Part shown: one piece after another, positions 13,864 through 26,862 of the stretch
How positions within the stretch are numbered: position 1 is the first letter of the stretch
Layout of the letters: every line of letters begins with the position of its first letter
From: Podarcis muralis
Taxonomy: Eukaryota
Direction of reading: 5' to 3'
NCBI RefSeq assembly: GCF_964188315.1
Contig: NC_135668.1
Location: forward strand, 29,884,001-29,948,000
Length of the DNA stretch: 64,000 nt
Translations under genes and position numbers: made by a program
Notes under the pieces: generated by a model
Told to the model about the DNA's origin: nothing
Database searches by the model: none
The model's input: only the letters and a program-made list of their open reading frames with translations

Positions 13864-16019
13864 CTCTTGGGCTCTAGTCTTGCTTGCTGGTTTCCCACAG
13901 GCATCTGTTCAGCCACTGTGAGAACACTGGCCTGATCCTGCAGGTGCATCGTATGCTCTTAGGGTCACCAAAAGCTCTCTCTTTGCTTAGCACTGCAAAA
14001 TAACTCGAGCCTTGACAATAGCCTCTGCGCTAGGGGCATCGCTCATATAGCAAAGGTGGCCTCTAGTGGCACAATTGCGTCATGGCAGTAAACTTTTCTG
14101 CTTTTTTTTTTTTTGGAGCGATCATCTGCAGAGAAGGCAGCTCGCCAGGTGCTTTGGCCGCGTGACCCTTCCAGGCTCATCAGGGCTCACTCAGCTCACG
14201 ACCTTTAGAACATGAAGGCTCAGGAAGACTGGAACCTTTGAAAGGAAAGGATGATTCTTTCCGCAGCGGAAGCTCAAAGCTCCTCTCCCAGCATTGGGGT
14301 GGGGGGGGCGCATGTGAAGGTTGAGCGCCAGCAGCTCAGACATTAAGCACTATGATTAAGGCTCGTCTATAAAGAGAGCTTAAAGTGGCATTTGGTTCTC
14401 ACAACTTCCCTGTGAAGTAGGGTAAGTCTGTCGAAAAACACCCAATGGGCTACATGGCTAGTTAGGGGGGGGGGAGTTGCGTATGTCCTGCCAGTACCAC
14501 AGCACCGCACAGCAGAAGACATTTCTACTGGTTGTGAGCCACATTTGGCTCTGAAGCCTGTTTTAAAAGCCTAAATATCAAGATGACAGTCCCTGAGCAT
14601 GTGCAGAGTACCTTTACCACTGCCAAGTCTCATGCAAGCTACCTATTATCTGGACTGAGGGCTCTGAGGCAGCCTTTGGCCCATTTTGTCATGGAATTGT
14701 AGAGCGGGGAGGGACCCAAAGGGTCATCCAGACCAACCCCCTTCCTATCAATGAAGGGCTGGCTACGACCCCCCCCCCCTTTAGCTATTTCTCTTGGCCC
14801 TCTCTGCCCCACCCTGTGTGGCAGCAAAACAGTGCCCCCAAAGAGTTCAACAGGGCTTAGAGTATGAGCCCTGGTCTGCCACTCTCTAGGTTTAATGTAC
14901 AAGGCTCCCTGCCTTCTCTGCCAGAGTAAATCCTGGGCTACTTTTGTTAGGCAAAGGCGCACACACACACTGCCAGGGATTGCAGTGAGGAGCTGCCACC
15001 CCCACCCCTCACTACTGTGCAGGCTTTGGGGAGTCCCAGCTTGGAAAGGAGGAAGTAGCCTGTGGAGAGAGATGGGGCGGGAATCAGGTCATGGTACCTA
15101 AAAGGTATTTGCAATTTCCTCTGGGTCTCACAGGAGGATTTACCCCTCTCCATCTGCACAGAAGGGAGGGAAGGGGCAGGTTCTCCAGAGCTTGACAAAT
15201 ATGTGTCTGGAGGTTAGCACTGAAATGAATACATGCCTACAATTAGGCTCTGCCTGACTGAGCAACCCAGGATGGTGGTGACTCTGCCCAGACACATCAC
15301 CAGTGAGCAGTGGACCTCTCTCCTCCTCCTCAGTGGAGGGATTTGGGTATGTATAGTCCTTTCTTGTAATTTGAATCCATTGGTTCGGGCAGACCAGGAG
15401 AAAACAAATTTTCTGTGACAGCCTTTCAGATACTAGAAGATGGCTATCATATTCCCCCTCAGCCTTCGGAGTGAACACCGGGCTGTTAACACCCTTAGGA
15501 GGAGGCTTGCACATTTATTTCTGTGTCTTCTGCATGGCCTGACACACATTTACACAATCTGAAAGAAGGGGGTGGGCAGCCTTCCAAAGATTGCTTTGCA
15601 TATGCCCTGGAGCTCCATCGCTGACCACTGAGTCACGCTGCTCTGTGAGCTGATGCTTACTGGAGTTGCCTGGGGCGGAGGGGGTGAGAGTGCGCCCAAT
15701 TGAAAAGGGCTTAGCCCCAAAACTGAGCATTGCAAAGGGAACATTCCTCGCCTTGCTGAAAACAGCTGAGGCAGCTGGGAGGAGGGGCCAGAGGAGCAGA
15801 GGGCGGCTGGGGCAGCTCAGGGGTGGAAGAGGAGGCAGAGGAGGATACTGGGCCAGATGGACCTCTGGGCTGACCCAGCAAGGCAGCTGCTCTTCTGCAG
15901 CCACCAAATGGTAAGGGAGAAGATGAAGCACAACCTGCTCTGCATTATTCCTCTGTCAATTGGGGTGGGGGCTGTGGGGGGGTGCCCTTGCCTGCTGCTC
16001 AAACCTCCATGCTATAGAA

Positions 16020-16255
16020 CAGGCATGTCCAACAAGTAGATCGTGATCTACTGGTAGATTGCGGGGTGTTCCTGGTAGATCTTTGGCCCCTCTGTGATCT
16101 CCTCCCCCCCCCCAAAATAGGGGGGCACACCAAACAACTTAGGCTTCCTAAAAAATAGCTCAACAACTTTGGCCCATCCAACGACAATGGGTAGATCACT
16201 GCCAGTTTTTTATACTGTGAGTAGATCACAATCTATTGGGAGTTGGATGTTCCTG
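16020..16255. mobile_element. hAT MITE
   Basis: CAGGCATGTCCAAC...GTTGGATGTTCCTG; perfect TSD CTATAGAA. Confidence 0.8.
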
Positions 16256-17229
16256 CTATAGAAGACCCTGGCACACATGCAACAGCAGCAACGTTACAAG
16301 GAACCCTGCAGGGGAGGCCTGGAGCACAACAGCAGAGAAAGGCGCATTTGCAGCAGCAAGGAGAGGGGAAGAGGCAGAAGGAAACCTCTTGCATTCATTG
16401 AATGCCCAGTCATGGCAAAGCTTGTTTCCTCTCATCTGGCCTAAACTGGGAAAACCTGCTGGGTAGCTTGGAAAGGAACACAGACTTTATTTATTTTACT
16501 AACCCTCCGTACAGGTGTGGGGAACCTTTTGCCCAAGTGTTGCTGAACTACCACTCTGCTCATCCCTGGCCACTGATTATGCTGCTGATGCTGATGGGAA
16601 TTGTAGTTCAGGAACATCTGGAGGGCTACAGATTCCCCAAGGTTTCCTTAGGAAGACACTGGATGCTAAGCAGATGCTCTTAGCACTGAGCTAAATTCTT
16701 GTCTTCTCTTTTGGAAAGGTCTGTAGAATTTAAGTTTCCTACATAAATGGGACCCCCTAAAGCCCATAGCTTGGCACATCAAGGCTGGTAGTGGACTATT
16801 TGGCAAGCAGGGGCATACCTGGGGGTCAGCCAGATTGGCCCTTGCCAAGGGTGCAGGCCTATAGGGGTGCAAAAATCACAAAGAAAGACAAAAAGAGCCA
16901 GTGACTGCATACCCCTCAACTGTCCTGCTTTAGGCGGAACATCCCTGGAATTACAGAAGCCATCCCAGCTTCTGATTGGATCATGGGATGTTCCGTTTTG
17001 GCTCCTGTGAAAGCACAGCCCCAAAAGATGTGTGTTGGGGAGGTACTCTCTCACGTGAGTAACATGACTCAAGAGGGAGTACAGCCCTGGAAGATTTGTG
17101 TCCTGAATTTCCTCTGCAGCATGTTGGAGGGTATGTGATTGCCAAGGGCACAAGGGTCCCAGGATGGGGAATAACCGATGCAGCTATTTGCTAAGCATGC
17201 AAGGGAGACTAGGTATGCTTCTGTCTGCA

Positions 17230-17650
17230 ATGCATATAGAAACATAAACCTAAGAAGAGCCTGCTGGATCAGGCCAATGACCCATCTAGTCTAGCATCCT
17301 GTTCTCTCAGTGGCCAAACACCTGCCTCTTAGCACAAGAGCCCCTCTGGTGCAGCATCCAGCAACTGCTATTCAGAAGCCCTGCTGCCTCCAGCTGTGGA
17401 GGCAAAGCATAGCTATCATAGCCAGTAGCCCTCAACAGCCCACTCTGCCATGAATTTGGCTAATCCTTCTTCAACACCGTCTAAATTGGTGGCCACTGCT
17501 GCCTCTTGTTGGAGCGAGTCCCATAGTTTAACTCTGCACTGCAAGAAGGAGGACTTTCTTTTATCCGCCCTGACTCTTCCAATGTTCAACTTCACTGGAG
17601 GTCCACTAGTTCTAATGTTATTATGAGAGATGAAGAAAAAACTTTCCTCT
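17230..17650 (-). mobile_element. CR1-family 3' fragment
   Basis: TAAGAAGAGCCTGCTGGATCAGGCC-type terminus, repeated many times in the window (e.g. 2180-2370, 5770-6000, 26880-27070). Confidence 0.6.
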
Positions 17651-18568
17651 AGCCACTTGAGCCAACCGCCTCCTAGTCAGGCACCTCCTTCCAGAGGCCC
17701 TTGGAACACCAGAGGAGCCCCAAGTCGCCCAGCTCCGCCAAGCTGCCCTTGCTCATTGCCTGTGTGCATAGTGGGTGGAGTTGTGACCTGCCAGGAGCCC
17801 TACTTACTGCAGGGCACAAAGTGGAGCCCAGCCAGTCAGACCAAGTGTTGCAGGGGAACAGAGCATCCGGCAAGCAGGAATGGGCTGAGCTTATGAGAGC
17901 GAAGGCAGAGGAAAGGCAGAAGAAAGCGGAGAGGGGCTAGACCCTCCCAGGTGACGTGGTGGGTTGCAGCTGTTTCCCTGGCCTGTTCCAGAAGCAGAAG
18001 GACCAGCGAGATCCAGGCTCCTTCCTGCAGCCAGTCTTAAGGTCACCGGCAGCCTGTGACCCTCTTGCCTTCTTCTCACCTGGGGAAGACCTCCCTGCCG
18101 TTCCAGATGCAACTGGTGATGTCAAACTTTCTTTCAGTCTTCTCCTGCTTGCTTTATTTCTTCCTGCCCCCCAACCCCCCATTTATTGCCAGGATTCCTG
18201 AACTCCATCCACTCACGTGCCCTTATCACTTTTCCAGCCAGCCTTCTTATGGTAACCGTTGGACGGAGAACTGATAAGGGTCTGTGTGTGTGAGCTGTGC
18301 AACCCTACTCCCCGGTCTTTTGGGACTCTGCCTGGATGGAGCCTTGCGCTGAGATGGTGGTCTGCAGGTGTGGGGCAAGGACTCCTGCAGCCCTTGGTGG
18401 TAAACAGTGTACCTTTGGTTCAGAAAGTGAGATTGCAAGGCAAGCAATTTTCTTTTCCTAGTTGTTGGGGAGCCAGAACTACATTCTCCTTTTAAGCACC
18501 CTCATGCCCCTTTTCCCACAACAAAACAGTTATGATAGCAATAACTCTTTTAATGTTTTACAGAGAAC

Positions 18569-18696
18569 NNNNNNNNNNNNNNNNNNNNNNNNNNNNNNNN
18601 NNNNNNNNNNNNNNNNNNNNNNNNNNNNNNNNNNNNNNNNNNNNNNNNNNNNNNNNNNNNNNNNNNNNNNNNNNNNNNNNNNNNNNNNNNNNNNNN
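18569..18696. other. Assembly gap (others at 20466-20927, 30248-30421, 36462-36598)
   Basis: Runs of N. Confidence 0.99.
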
Positions 18697-21600
18697 TGTC
18701 CTTCAGCATTAGGTCCCAGGGCAAGTTAAAGCATTAAAATATATAATATAATTATGTTATGTTATGGAAGAAAGTTTTGTGGAGTTGAATTTACGTATTT
18801 TATTAGATGCAGAAAATGTTCTCTGAAATTGGCAGCTATACGAGTTGCAGGCTGAGGTGGAGGGGAATCAGCTCTTGCATTCTTAACCATTTGCTGGTTT
18901 TACTGGTGTTGCTAATTCTGCTATAACCTCCTTGAGAAGTTGGATTCAAATCTCAACCTAAGGTCTCCTTAAGCGATCTTAAACATGTCATTTTAAAATA
19001 TGCTCCATCTTGAAAGAACAGTGATATTTAGAATGTATTCCCACTGCAAAATCCAGTAAACAATGAGATCGGAACAGCAATTCAAGAAACAATCACAGAA
19101 AAACTGTCCATAACTGCAAACGCTCACATGTGTGCATAGGTGGTAGTGGTATCAGTCTAGCTCTTAGACAGACACAATAGACAGACAGACTTGCCGGTGC
19201 TTGAATGAATGTATGTATTGCCAACTCCATTCAGGGATATCCAGCAACAAGACTAAAAATTGCATTTACCATGAACAAGCTCCAGTGAATTTCTGAATGT
19301 TGTATATTGTAGCTTTATATCTGTATATTGGTCAAAACAAAATATGAACATTAAATATTTTTTTGCTAGTCTAAAAAGAGCCCTGCATGTCATGAACACA
19401 CAGAGAATACTCCATATGAATATTTTCACATTTTACTTCAAATCGCGCACACACACAGTTAATATTTGTTCCTTCCCTCTGCCTCTCTTCTTCAGCCTCT
19501 CCCTACCAAAAAACACAAAAGGGGGGGGGCACAGATTTATTTCAGCTGGAGACTCTTCCTCTAGCTTCAGGGTAACAGCTCTGTGTTCTTGGTGCCTTAA
19601 ATGCTCAAAGAAAGTCAAGAAAACTTTTCTTTCTATCCATTCCATTTAATCATATCAAAAGTGATATTCTCAACCTGGTTTTCATTCCACCCTCCTTCCA
19701 AAAGCTCAGGGCAGAGAGCATAGCCGACATCCTGCCCCCAACCCCCCAAAAAATTACCCTTGCCAAAACATTACTGAGTCATGTAGCACCTTAAAGACAA
19801 ACACGCTTATTACATCAGACGCTTTCATGGATGTTTAAGGTGCTCCAAAGTTTCTTCTTCTGTGAAGCTAGATAGAGGGATGTAACTTGCTCAGTAAGTT
19901 TAGAAGGTGAAGGGGAGATTCAAACCCAGATCTCAGTCCAATGCTCTTAATCACTACACCCAGGCTCTCATGTTTACAACCGATTTTTTCTAAAGCTCTC
20001 CAAGTATCATCTCCCCTTCGTCCTCACAACAACCTTGTAAAGTAGGAGACAAAGCAAATAGAGTGACAGTTTTCACTGCATCAAATATTATGGGGGTAGC
20101 AGTCATTCTGGGTGTATGGAAGTCTTCTTTCAGCAATGAGAGAGGCAATGCTGAAACCAAGTTTGCAAACTATCCCTACTTTTTAATGGAATAACTTTTT
20201 CAGCTGAATGCACAGAGGCTTGAATGTGTAGCTGATGTGCAAGAATGTACAAGAGGGAGAATGGTTTGAAGGCAAAAGAGGGAGCCAAAAGCTAGTTGCC
20301 CCTACGCTGTGGTTTTAGTGAAAAGTCAGCAGAGCTCACAGCCAGATCTAAAGTGGGAGACAATTTATTCAGTCCCTTTCTGTGACTACTTGCCCGGACC
20401 ATTTGTCGGAGCTGAATGACTTTGCTTCTGATTTTAAAACTTGTGTGCTTATGATTACAAATCTTNNNNNNNNNNNNNNNNNNNNNNNNNNNNNNNNNNN
20501 NNNNNNNNNNNNNNNNNNNNNNNNNNNNNNNNNNNNNNNNNNNNNNNNNNNNNNNNNNNNNNNNNNNNNNNNNNNNNNNNNNNNNNNNNNNNNNNNNNNN
20601 NNNNNNNNNNNNNNNNNNNNNNNNNNNNNNNNNNNNNNNNNNNNNNNNNNNNNNNNNNNNNNNNNNNNNNNNNNNNNNNNNNNNNNNNNNNNNNNNNNNN
20701 NNNNNNNNNNNNNNNNNNNNNNNNNNNNNNNNNNNNNNNNNNNNNNNNNNNNNNNNNNNNNNNNNNNNNNNNNNNNNNNNNNNNNNNNNNNNNNNNNNNN
20801 NNNNNNNNNNNNNNNNNNNNNNNNNNNNNNNNNNNNNNNNNNNNNNNNNNNNNNNNNNNNNNNNNNNNNNNNNNNNNNNNNNNNNNNNNNNNNNNNNNNN
20901 NNNNNNNNNNNNNNNNNNNNNNNNNNNACTGTTTGCTAAAGATGGATCACTTCTTACAGATCAGTGAGAGGCAAAGTAGTATCGGTGGAGTGTGAACTAG
21001 GAAACTGAGCAAATGAATACCCCCCCCCCCCAAAAAAAAAAGCTCTATGCCAAACAATTAGGTAGCCAAGTGGAAACAACACTGAGGAGGAAACAAGGTT
21101 GTGTGTGAGAGAGGGTGCTCGGGTGTGTGTGCGTCACAGCTGAAGACCGTTGCTCCAAAGCGCCACAAAGCCACAATCTCTGACAAACATGCAGAGAGAT
21201 GGGATAGAAGCACAAACTGACAACAAACACAGATGCAGAGCTAAATATCCACAAATAAACTAAAATGATTGTTCCAAACCTGCATATTCTCTTACAAGTC
21301 TAGAAGCAGATTGATGATAGGTACAAATGAGGCAAAAAGCATTCAGTAGCATCTGAAAATCTTATAAATGGAGTCTATAAAAAAGAGGGATGTCCATTAT
21401 CTAATGCAAAGGAAAGATATGTATTTATTCATTTACTGCATGTATAGCCAAACTTTTTCTCCAAGGAGCTCAAGGTGGCATACATGGTCCCCCCCCCCCC
21501 ATTTAATCCCCACAACAACCCTATGAAGTAGGTCATGCTGAGAGGCAGTGACTGCTCCAAAGTCACTCTGTGAGCTTCATGGCTGTGTGGGGATTTGAAC

Positions 21601-24600
21601 CCTGATTTCTCCCAGGTCCTAGCTTGATGCTCTAACCACTACACCACCACCGGCTCTAGTTTCAAGCTACAAAAAACTCCATTATTAATTACAGACATCA
21701 ATCCCACCCAGTAATATACCCTAGGACACAGCACCTTGAAAAGCAGATCAATATTCTTATCTCTTTTATTAATATAGTAGGAAAGGGGGGGGGAGAGAGA
21801 AAAGGATGTCCCAAAGGAACTCAAAGCCATAGAGCAGGAAAGAAGGGAAACAAAATGTGTCAATCACTTCTGGCCTGATCTACACATGCCCACGAAACCC
21901 AGAGCTTCCGTAATCAGTTTGTCCCCTTGAAGTCCCTACTGGACCTCGTACTCTGGGGTACATTTTTAAAAATGTGGAATTTCTTGTCCACTCCCAGGTT
22001 TTCCATTATTTGTTCCTTCCAGCAATGCCCGCCTGCCCCCAACACTAATGGACCACCTGCCCACACAGGAGAAACCAGGCAAAGGCATCCACATCCCCCA
22101 TTCAGCAGTGGTTTTGAAGTGGGCCAGGTTTCCTTTTCAGATTTCCCAAGGCTATAGAGAATCTGGATTTAGATGAGAGATGGGAGAGCAGCTGTTTTCA
22201 AGGAACAACATATGGATTGAGGGAATTCGAGGGTGCATTTTAAGCAAAAATGTGGATGGGCCCCAAGAAGGCTTAAGACATGAATCGAAAACAGTTGATG
22301 CCAAGGATCTCTGCACTAGAGCTATCTTGGCATAATTTCATTCATCACAGCAGAACACACAAGAAATGTTGGGATAGCATGGCAACACCAACAGGCACTC
22401 CCACACTGCCCATCACAATGTTGTTCCCATCCATCAGTCATAAAGTCATGAATCAGCAAAACACCAACCACCCCAGTTGGCATCACACATTAGCCATTCC
22501 GGGAGAGTACTAATCAGCAAGGAGCAATGGCAGAATTGCCACAATGGCATCACCTTCCCCAGGTGATATCCACTTCCACACGGTGGACAAGCATGGCCCC
22601 AGGAAAAGCCCACTTCACCCAGCAAGTTGGTGACCCAATGCAGAAACATGAGCCTCCAGCTCCACTAACTGTGCCTCTCTCTCGTGCCATTTTCTGGGAC
22701 AGGAGCTGGGGAGGGGAGAGGAGCTTGTGCGCCAGCATTCCTGTTGAAGAAGGTGGTCCTCCGAGTACCTGTCAGAGGCAAAAGGAGGAGTAAAAGGGAT
22801 GAGGTCCCAAAACCTTCACACACAAAAATCCCACTCCTGTTTTCTTTTCTCTTCTTCCTTCCACTTTCCTCATTCAAACAGTTAATTTACAAAACTTATA
22901 TGTATTTCATCAACAACCTTAACAGCGCAATAAAAAGGGTGCGTTTATGCACAGCGCAACAGAAAGGTTGCTGCTTATTGAAAATCAGGGTGACAGGAGG
23001 TTGGGGTTTTCTTTGGGTGGTGGGGCTCGGAAGGAACCTAGAGTTAGGCCAGGGGTAGTCAACATGGTGCACTTCAGGTGGGTTGGGATCCAGTCCCGTT
23101 AGCCCTAGCCAGCATGCTCAATGGTGAGAACTGCAATCCAAGCACGTCTGGAGGGCAACTTGTTGACTGCCCCTAGTCTAGGCTTCCTGATTGCCTAGTC
23201 CTTGTCAGGCTGGAGGCTAATCTCCTTCTCTCCCTTCTGACCTCTGTGCTTTTTATCAGGCTCTTCTCGAGAGCCCCCATCACCTTCCTGAAAGGTGCAG
23301 AGAAAAAGCCACAGAAAAGGCACCAACCTCTGCAAGGAGAAAGCTAGCCTTTCATCTAACAGAAAGCAGAAAGAGTCAAACAATCAGGAGGCCGAGACAA
23401 GAGTCAGGATAGTGTGCTTTTAAAGAACAGTCAAATGGACCAGTGATATATAAAGATAATTTAGAGAAGGGACCTGAGAATAAAACGCAAGGAGGGCGTG
23501 AGATGAGAAGGGGTGGAATGAGTTTGGGCAGCTTAAGAATGGCAATCTTAAAGATCACTGAGCATATTTTTCAAGAGGGGAAGCCCAGCAAGATGGATGC
23601 CCCAAGTTCGCCTCCCTGCACCCACCCCTGCCCTGCCTGTCCAAACAAGGAGGTTGCCTTTGTGTGCCAACATGTGCCTGTTTTGTTAACCATGAAAGGG
23701 TGGATTATTTCGAGCAGGGAAAGGCCTGAGGCAGCAGAACCATTGAGGCCAGCAGCCTGGCAGTGCCTGGGAGGGACAAAAAAAAAGCCCTCCCTCCCAT
23801 TCCCATTCCTCTCCCTTGCTGAGCACACAGTCTGACTGCTAAACCCATCAATAGGAAATTACACCTCTTTTGAAAGAGGGCAACAACAACAAAAAAGCAA
23901 AGGGAGTCCGGATATTTCATAAGTATCAAAGCCAGGCCAGGAAATTTCATTCCACTGCAAGATATTAAACAGGGGTGAGCTGGAGACAAGATGCTCTTTC
24001 TCTGCAAACAGTGGACTTCCTCTCAACTACTCAGAATCATAGCATTGTACCATTGGGAAGGACCCCCAAAGGTCATCTAGTCCAACCCCCTGCAGGGCTG
24101 GAATCACTTGCAGAGATCCATCCCTCCACTTCACCTCTGAGGCTGTGGCTGGCCTTATTGAGGGGAGCATTCAAGGGCAGAAGAAGCCCCGATGAGCCTC
24201 AGGCACAAACCTACATGTGGAAAAAAAGGGGGGAGGAGTAAAGGACAACTTCAAAATGTGGCTCTTTTGGGTGCAGTGCAGTGGTTCCCAAACATTTTCA
24301 GGTCACTGCCCCCTTGGCTCCATAAACTCGTCCCCAGTGCCCCCTACCCTATAAAAAGCATTATCCGGAATAGTGGTTTGCACAACCCTCTCAGGACGGC
24401 AATAAAGCAATAAAATTCAAAAGTGTAACAATTAAGTGCACATTCATTCAAAATCCAAGTAAATCTAGTTACTTTAATTGATTCAGCAAAATGGATGCAC
24501 TTGATCCAGTGATACCAGCTTTTCAAGGCTTGCATTTAGCAAGAGTCTTTGATACCACATTTAGGAACTGCTTCCCTGTTCAGTACATTCTTAATGCAGT

Positions 24601-24657
24601 GAATGGGCTTCGCACACTGATACCAGTTTACCAATATCTGGTTTAAAGTCATTTTAA

Positions 24658-25036
24658 AAAGGTAAAGGACCCCTGACATTTAAGTGCAGTCACAGACGAC
24701 TCTGGGGTTGCAGCACTCATCTTGCTTTACAGGCCGAGGGAGCCGGCGTTTGTCTGCAGGCAGTTTTTCCGGGTCATGTGGCCAGCATGACTAAGCAGTT
24801 TCTGGCACAACGGAACACCAAAACCAGAGCAGAGCACAGAAACACCATTTACCTTCCCACCGGAGTGGTACCTATTTATCTACTTGCACTTTTTGGTGTG
24901 CTTTTGAACTGCTAGGTGGGCAGGAGCAGGGACTGAGCAACGGGAGCTCACCCGGTCATGGGGATTCAAACCGCCACCCTTCTGACTGGCAAGCCCAAGA
25001 GGCTCAGTGGTTTAGACCACAGCACCACCCGTGTCA
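24658..25036 (-). mobile_element. Sauria SINE
   Basis: Reverse complement of the same family (AAAGGTAAAGG tail, TTTATCTACTTGCAC core). Confidence 0.85.
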
Positions 25037-26671
25037 CTTAGCAGATGCCTTAAATCACCACCTCCAATGCCAGCCTGCCACCCCCTTGCCTCTTTGCACC
25101 CCGCTAGGTAATCCCCACCCAGGGAGCAGTACCATCCACTTTGGAACTACTGTTGTGGTGCATGAAAATGGTCTAAATCAGCCTTCCCCAACGTGATGCC
25201 CTCCAGATATTCTGCATCAGCCCCACTCAGTATGGGGGCTGTAGCCCAACAACATCAGGAGGGCGCCAGGTTGGGGAAAGCTAGCTTAAATCATTCCAGC
25301 CCTCTCACCAGAAACTATCTCCGACACTTGACTAGGCATAGGCAGAACTTGCCCTGAGTCTGGGCTCGGCATGGCAGGGGCCTGAGCAACCATTCTCGGC
25401 TTCCGCCCTGGGTGGAGCAGCAGAATGGTCGCGGAAGGGTCCCAGAGGCTAGTGGAAGAATTGCTCATCCTCACGGAGGCAGCGCGAGAGGCTGCTCTCT
25501 CTCCCTCCGCCCCGGCCAGCCCCTCTGCTGACTGCGCCCCGGAGGCAACGGATCTGGATGGCGAAGCCGCCTGTTTGCATAACCTCTGCCCGGGGTGTAT
25601 AAACAGAGGATCAGCTCAATGTGGCTCTCATTAAAATGACCAGACAGCTCAGCCACTGAAGCATCAACTCTGCAATTCTGGGATTCCTCAGCTCGGCTGA
25701 CTCAGCCCTTCGGCCCCACCTGCTTCCCAGTCGCTCTGTGGCGGGCGGCTCAGGGCTTCGCATGCAACGACCTGCGCAGGGTAGCTGCCCCGCTCTATTC
25801 TACCCAGAGTCCTAGTCTGACACGCTAGCTGCTGCACCACACTGGCTCTCAGGTTGTGCCCAGGGAGTTAGAACATGTCCAGAGGGGACCTTCTTATTGG
25901 CTGAATAGGCAACATTCTGGCTTACCTCAAGAATCACTTTCTAGATGTGCCAAATTGACTGCTGAGCCGTCCACAGTGGAAAATCCCAGATTTTTACACA
26001 GATGTGACGGGGCACCAGCATGATCACCCCCAAACAAAACTGTTATGTACTGAGTTGCAGTAATGGGGTGGGGGTGGGGAGCCAGTTTTCAGTCCTTGCC
26101 TTAGGTCTCTGACTGGTATATAGGCCTGCCACTCATGGGGAAGGGCAAAAATACCCCCCCCCCCTTGATCAATGGATAGACAGCAACTCTTGCAGCCCAC
26201 GAACGGATCGTTTTCAGATGAAGATAATGCAAGGACAAATGTAATGTATTTGGAACGTATTTATTGAAACCATGGTGACCCTGAACCAATGTATACTTGA
26301 GGGAAATAATAAATTTATCTACTGTACTTACATACATACTACATAGTTATGTAACCTTAATTATATTGTAGTGTTACTTTGTTGTCATTTCCCCTTGCAT
26401 TTAAAATGGTTTCTTCTTTTCTTTTCTTTTCTTTTCTTTTCTTTTCTTTTTCTTATTTACTTGAATTCACTGTGATATTCTCAATAAAATATAAATAAAT
26501 AAAGGGGGAGAGCATTGTTTGTCTTCTGGACAGGTGGAAGATGCAGCTTAAAAGTGACTCTTGCACTCTGCTGCCCCCTGCTGGCCATGACTCTGCCCTG
26601 CTTTAGTTGTTCGACAGGTATTGCTATCACAGGGCAGAATCTTCCTTATTCTACCAGCATAAAAGGGCTTG

Positions 26672-26780
26672 CACTCTTCCTATGGCCCTTCTCTCTCGTT
26701 CATTCATTCATTCACTCCCTCTCCCTCTCCCTCTCCACTCTTCCTATGGCCCTTCTCTCTCGTTCATTCATTCACTCCCA

Positions 26781-26860
<80 letters not shown>
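26672..26860 (+). repeat. 64-bp duplication followed by a (CT)n(CA)n microsatellite
   Basis: CACTCTTCCTATGGCCC at 26672 and 26736. Confidence 0.85.

Positions 26861-26862
<2 letters not shown>

Noticed and set aside
17676-17940. Possible exon 2 for the 15908 ATG (SGTSFQRPLEH...)
   Set aside because: The acceptor region is CR1-derived sequence and the peptide is unrecognisable.
20382-20995. Long ORFs spanning N runs (also 18462-18737, 30153-30596, 36438-37136)
   Set aside because: Artefacts of assembly gaps.
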